Source of the DNA: Zootoca vivipara
Lineage: Eukaryota
DNA length: 64,000 bases
Reading direction: 5' to 3'
Assembly: GCF_963506605.1 (NCBI RefSeq)
Contig: NC_083276.1
Location: 45,632,001-45,696,000 of the forward strand
Part shown: one piece after another, positions 10,023 to 64,000 of the stretch
Layout of the letters: each line of letters opens with the position of its first letter
Position numbering within the stretch: position 1 is the stretch's first letter
Made by a program: the position numbers and the translations under genes
The notes under the pieces: generated by a model
Database searches by the model: none
What the model was told of the DNA's origin: nothing
Seen by the model: the letters and a program-made list of their open reading frames with translations, nothing else

Positions 10023-13000
10023 AAGTACACATGCCCCTATCCCTGGTAAGATCTCCATATGCTGGTAGATGCAAGGTATATATTCCACATCCTGTTTCAA
10101 ACTCCGTTTACTTGCTTGCTCTATTTTCCCCACTCCTGCAGTTCATTGTCAGGCTAAGTTTCATAAGGATGCTAACAAGTTTGACCTTCAAGCTATGAGA
10201 TTCCATCTGTCGAAGTCATAAGCGAGCGGCTGTACAGGGCTGTGTGTATACACAGTCAAAAGTCAATGGCAGGGTTGTTGTTGTTTTTTTAAAAAAGAAA
10301 GTATTTGCATTACACCCCCTGAAGCCTTCTGGAGCAGCCATCTTAAAAATAGCCTTTTAAACAAATCTGGGTGAAAACTAGTCAAGGTCTGTAGTTCCCA
10401 CCAAGGTGTTATGTACCCACCATCATTTTACTAAGGCACATATTAAATACTGCTATAATTTCTTACACTGTCTAGCATCACAAAGCAAAGGGCATCATGT
10501 TTTTAAACACCAAGTAAGGCCAGACAAGTAGAAACCTATATAATAGGTAAAAGAAAATCCCTTAATAAAATTAGGTATATAATACCATGGTGGCTTAACC
10601 CCATACCTAATATGAAGTGTTTCTATAAGCTTTGAAAGGGTCTTCCATTTATACCACTTCATTTAGTTAAGGTATTCCTTTTTTTTAAAGGGCTTTTAAC
10701 AAGAAGACTGACATTACTGGGCTATTTGATCTCGCAATAATTCATTTCAATGCCTGTTTTCCTAACATTTTGTCCCAAAGCAAAGTTTAAGGGCTTCTTG
10801 CCATACCATTCAGAGTGTACACCTGGCCATCATTTTCGTACATTTCTGTCACTGTCAGCTCCCAAATAACAAGACAGGGAGGTAAAGTCATGACAGAATT
10901 GAAATCAGAAACATGTCAGATGCTCCTCTTAAGAGATTTTTTTTTAAATGAAAAACAGCAACACTTCAGTTAAAAACTTCCTTGCATTTTCTGGTTTACC
11001 AAAAAAGTCTACAATTCACTACCACAATATCAGATATGAGTAGGATTGTGTACTTTAGAAAAAAAACAAAGCATTTCAAAATGAGGTAAGAAAAGGCTTT
11101 GCTTTATTTTCCCAGTGCATCAACTGGGAAGTTAAGCATGCTTCTATGTTTATTGATTCCCCCCAGGTAGGGTAGTCGTTATACATTTATAAATATCACC
11201 TGTAGAAAAACTAATTTTCACAAACTTTCTAGATTTCTATCCGCAGAAGCTAGTCTAAGCACAGAGAAAAATTAATCCAGCAGATTACCAGCTACTTACA
11301 ATATTGCCAGGTACTGAAAAGCAGAGTTTAGAAAAGTGCTAAGGTTTTGTTATTATTATTCAAAAAATTGCACATTTTGCTGGAAAGGTTATAATCCATG
11401 AAAATGTTGGATTATATTATGCCTCCATATAATGAAGGCTGTGTAGAATTTTACTTTTTGGTCAACAAACCCACCTAATGTAGTTCTTAAAGAGAAAAGC
11501 AGATGGGTTTTGGATAGAAATTCCCTATGTATTAAGTGGGTGACCATACATTAAGAACCTAGAAAGCCAGAGCGCTATTCCCAATTAATGGAATATGGGC
11601 AACCTAAAAAACCTGAGGGTGAAACTGTACTTTTTTGTTACATACTTTTTGTGATATTTTCACTGCTAACTGCATGAGATTTCTACCTAATGCAACTGGA
11701 ACCACATTGAGCTAATGACTTCCATACTAGGGACTTGTGTTCAATAACTGAACGCACCAAATTACAAAAGGATCTATATATGAACACATCAGAAGCCTTA
11801 AAATTACCATATCTTTATGTATATCTAGTCTTGGATCAGGCGCAACCAGAGTGCAATATTCTAAGTTGCAGATTTGTAGGCTACTTGTCACCAGCTGCAT
11901 GTTAAAAATGGGAAAGCAGATTTTTTTTCCTCAGAAAAATCTAGCACAGACAACCTGTCATAATGTACTCAAGTCACTGCCTTAGTCAAATTGACATTTT
12001 AATATATTTTTTAAGAACACTTTTACTGATGGATGTTAAAGTGTGTGAGATCACTGGGTTGTTGTTGTTTTTTTTAAAAAAAATGATTGGTTGTCCATCA
12101 TTTACCAGTCTTGGGAAACTCAAGATAGGAGTGATAAATGAAATTTAAAAGTTTCAATTGAGAAGGAATACAAGAATGTCCTGTCAACATACAGGCTGGT
12201 TTCTCTCATGCCTATAAAATGATGAAAATGCCAACATAGCCAGGTGCTGATCTGAAGACAGTCAGACACTCGTGCGATAATGAATGAAAACAGGCTGTAT
12301 CCCCAGGCCAGAATAGCAAATTCTTTTCAATAGTTTTCTTACATTCATGTTCTGCCTCCTGCTCCCAAAGTTAAGCCTGTGATTTCACATGCATGAGAAA
12401 CATGCAGTGAAATTCACATTATTGGAAAATGAAAAACTTTGCTCAGTGTGTGACCTTATCTAAGGTGTGACCTAAGTTTACTAGAAACAACATTGTATTG
12501 ACCCTTTGCATAGTTCATGGCATAGGGCAAGTTGCATTTGGACATTACTACACATTGGGTCACAAGTACTTCAACTCTTTCATTAGGTGTATAATGCTTT
12601 TAATTTTACTTTTAATTTTACTCCCTTGCAAGATCACCCATAAAGCTTTTAAACTGAGGCAATACTTGGAAAGTTCCAGAGAATAAAAAGATGGCTGCTT
12701 CTAAAAGCTACAGCTGCAGACTGTGTTGCGTTTCCTATCGAGCCCTGCAGAGTTCCAGATCGCACACAGGAAACAATCCCTACATAACACAATTTCTCAT
12801 GACTGCTGGGGGCAAGACACAGAATAGTAGCACATTAAGAAGCTGCGGCTTCCTCTCCTCGTCCCAATGTTATTTGAGTAAATTGTTTCCCTGAAAACAC
12901 ACACACACGCTGGAAAAAAACAAACAAACCTAAACACACAGTAAAACCTAAGATATGCAACATAATTCAATTTCACAGTTATACTCAAAGTACAGTTATT

Positions 13001-14224
13001 ATAGAATATATAATCACTGAAAATAAAATTCAAGTCACAGAAAAGAATGACTAAAGGGAGCTAAAAGGCGAAATGGTACAAATGATATGACAGTCAGGCT
13101 GTGCCTCCTGTAATTTTCCTTGAATTAAAAACAACAACAGCAACAGCAACAACAACCCTCCAGCTGCTTCACCAGACTGAATATAGGAAGAAGTCCAAAT
13201 GCACATAGAAAACCACTATCCCATTTAAAACACTGGGTCTCATCCAATTTCCCTTGAAAAAGTAAAAAATTTATTCCAAAGGATGCCAATAGCATCTTTT
13301 AGTTGGCTCTGAGCTGGAAAGCAGCAAAAGGTAGAGACAGAAGATGCACAGTAGTGTGTGATTGGGCCCTTCATAACAAGGTGAAAATACTGCACATTTG
13401 CGCCATCCATTGGTTTCACCCAGAGTGGCACGTCTGGCATGCTATTCCGCAATTATTTGTACTCCGCCATATATTGTGAATTGGACAGTATGAATGTACT
13501 GATGCACAATCTAGTATATTAAGCCAAAAAAACAAAACAGATCAATGGCACAGGTCCTACGACCAGTTTGAACATGGAGCGGGAGGGGGTTAATCCCAAA
13601 GGCAATTTAAATAATGGTATTTGTTTCTTTTGATATATTTATACATACATATATAAATAAATGTTCTGAGCAACCTCAGACCCTTTTTTTTAGTGCATTG
13701 CCATAAAAAAAAATAGTGCAGTTTTCTCACTGAAACGTCTCACTCACAAGAAATAAGAATCTTTTAAGTCTGGTCACTCTTGCCAAGAATAAACCCACCA
13801 ATCTGCTTTACACTGAACTCAATATTTTTACGCTACTCGGTTGTTTTTTAAGAAAAGAAAAGATTAATGGAGTCCACATTACTATGACAAAACATGGCCA
13901 TTTTTGGCAGAACGATTAGAAAAACGAGATGTTCCTATTTTAAAACTGGAAAATGTGGGGTTCTTTTAAAGCACTGTAATGCATAAAATGAAGTATAAAA
14001 CAAAACATTACCCTTCATGCAAAATGTTTTCCTCAGTAGCTAACTTGAAAAATAAAAATAAAAGCAACGCCCCTTATTTATTTTTGGGCCAGAGATTGAC
14101 ACACAACCACTTTGATTTCAAGTCTTTTTCTATTACTTGAGGCATGAGGAGCATCCTCCTGAGAACCCAACCTCATTTCTAAACCTTGTGGAGGGACAAG
14201 AAGCAGCTAAACTGTCCAAGCAGC
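9125..14224 (-). other. PCNX1: Probable long PCNX1 3' UTR
   Basis: About 5 kb after the stop with no recognisable transposon. Candidate AATAAA at 9149-9144 with a GU-rich tract downstream. The 3' end is not proven. Confidence 0.5.
9965..10021. repeat. (CA)n microsatellite
   Basis: Seen directly. Confidence 0.95.
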
Positions 14225-63458
<49,234 letters not shown>

Positions 63459-63934
63459 TTAAGTTCGGGCAAAGAAAGCAATCAATTTGATTATATTTTT
63501 GTAAATTTCTACATGAAACAATTGCTGTTTGCTTGTTCACATTTAAATAGTGGTTATAAAATACTGTTTAAATTATATTCCCTTTTCATCTAACATGTAC
63601 ACATAGCATTTACTCTGGTGGCCACTATTAAATTACACAGAGACAGGATCACTTCTGTAAGTTTCCACTACATAAGCAAATCTTATTTGAGAAAAGATCA
63701 GAGCCCATCAATGCAGTGCAATAAACAATAGTAACTAAGGTGACTGTTCTATTGAATTAAGAGTAGTGTAGGCGATAAGTCTTTCTCAGGCATTATATTC
63801 AGGGTACAACTCTGTCTGGGGTTCTTGCACACTTATTGTGGAGGAAATGGACTGCACCCACTTGAATGTGGTTATCTTCCAAACTACCTGTGCAAATAAA
63901 TAAGGTACAATTCAGTTCATTTGTTATATTCCCC

Positions 63935-64000
63935 TAATAATAATAATAATTTATTATTTATACCCCACCCATCTGCTGGGTTTCCCCAGCCACTCTGGGC
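63935..64000 (-). mobile_element. L2 LINE 3' tail (continues beyond the window)
   Basis: Reverse complement of the gcccagagtggctggggaaaccc...(TTA)n tail seen at 8190-8298. Confidence 0.75.

Noticed and set aside
63790-63887. Acceptor-like tttatttgcacag| as the preceding PCNX1 exon
   Set aside because: The expected frame hits a stop, the peptide does not resemble PCNX1, and there is no clear donor

Overview
Vertebrate genomic DNA, almost certainly a squamate lizard (Sauria SINEs, Bov-B, squamate-type L2/Penelope/hAT repeats; probably a lacertid). It is dominated by the 3' three-quarters of the pecanex-1 gene (PCNX1) on the minus strand. I traced 30 coding exons (about 6.2 kb of CDS, 63373 down to the stop at 14225-14227) with consistent splice phases. 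One phase break implies a further exon hidden in the 200-N gap at 17544-17743. The 5' exons lie beyond the right edge, and a probable ~5 kb 3' UTR follows the stop. Exon numbers are inferred from my recollection of the 36-exon human gene. Most ORF-track entries are spurious. The most notable details are a U12-type intron, an L1 insertion whose apparent target-site duplication copied a PCNX1 splice donor, an exon that begins with a perfect donor consensus (recursive-splicing-like), and an isolated V2R vomeronasal receptor pseudogene in an intron fused to a CR1 tail. There are also three palindromic Penelope-like elements (two with minimal hammerhead motifs), young Bov-B copies and a second RTE lineage with a C2H2 finger. 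I see no convincing wholly new multi-gene system; the findings concern splicing and transposable elements.
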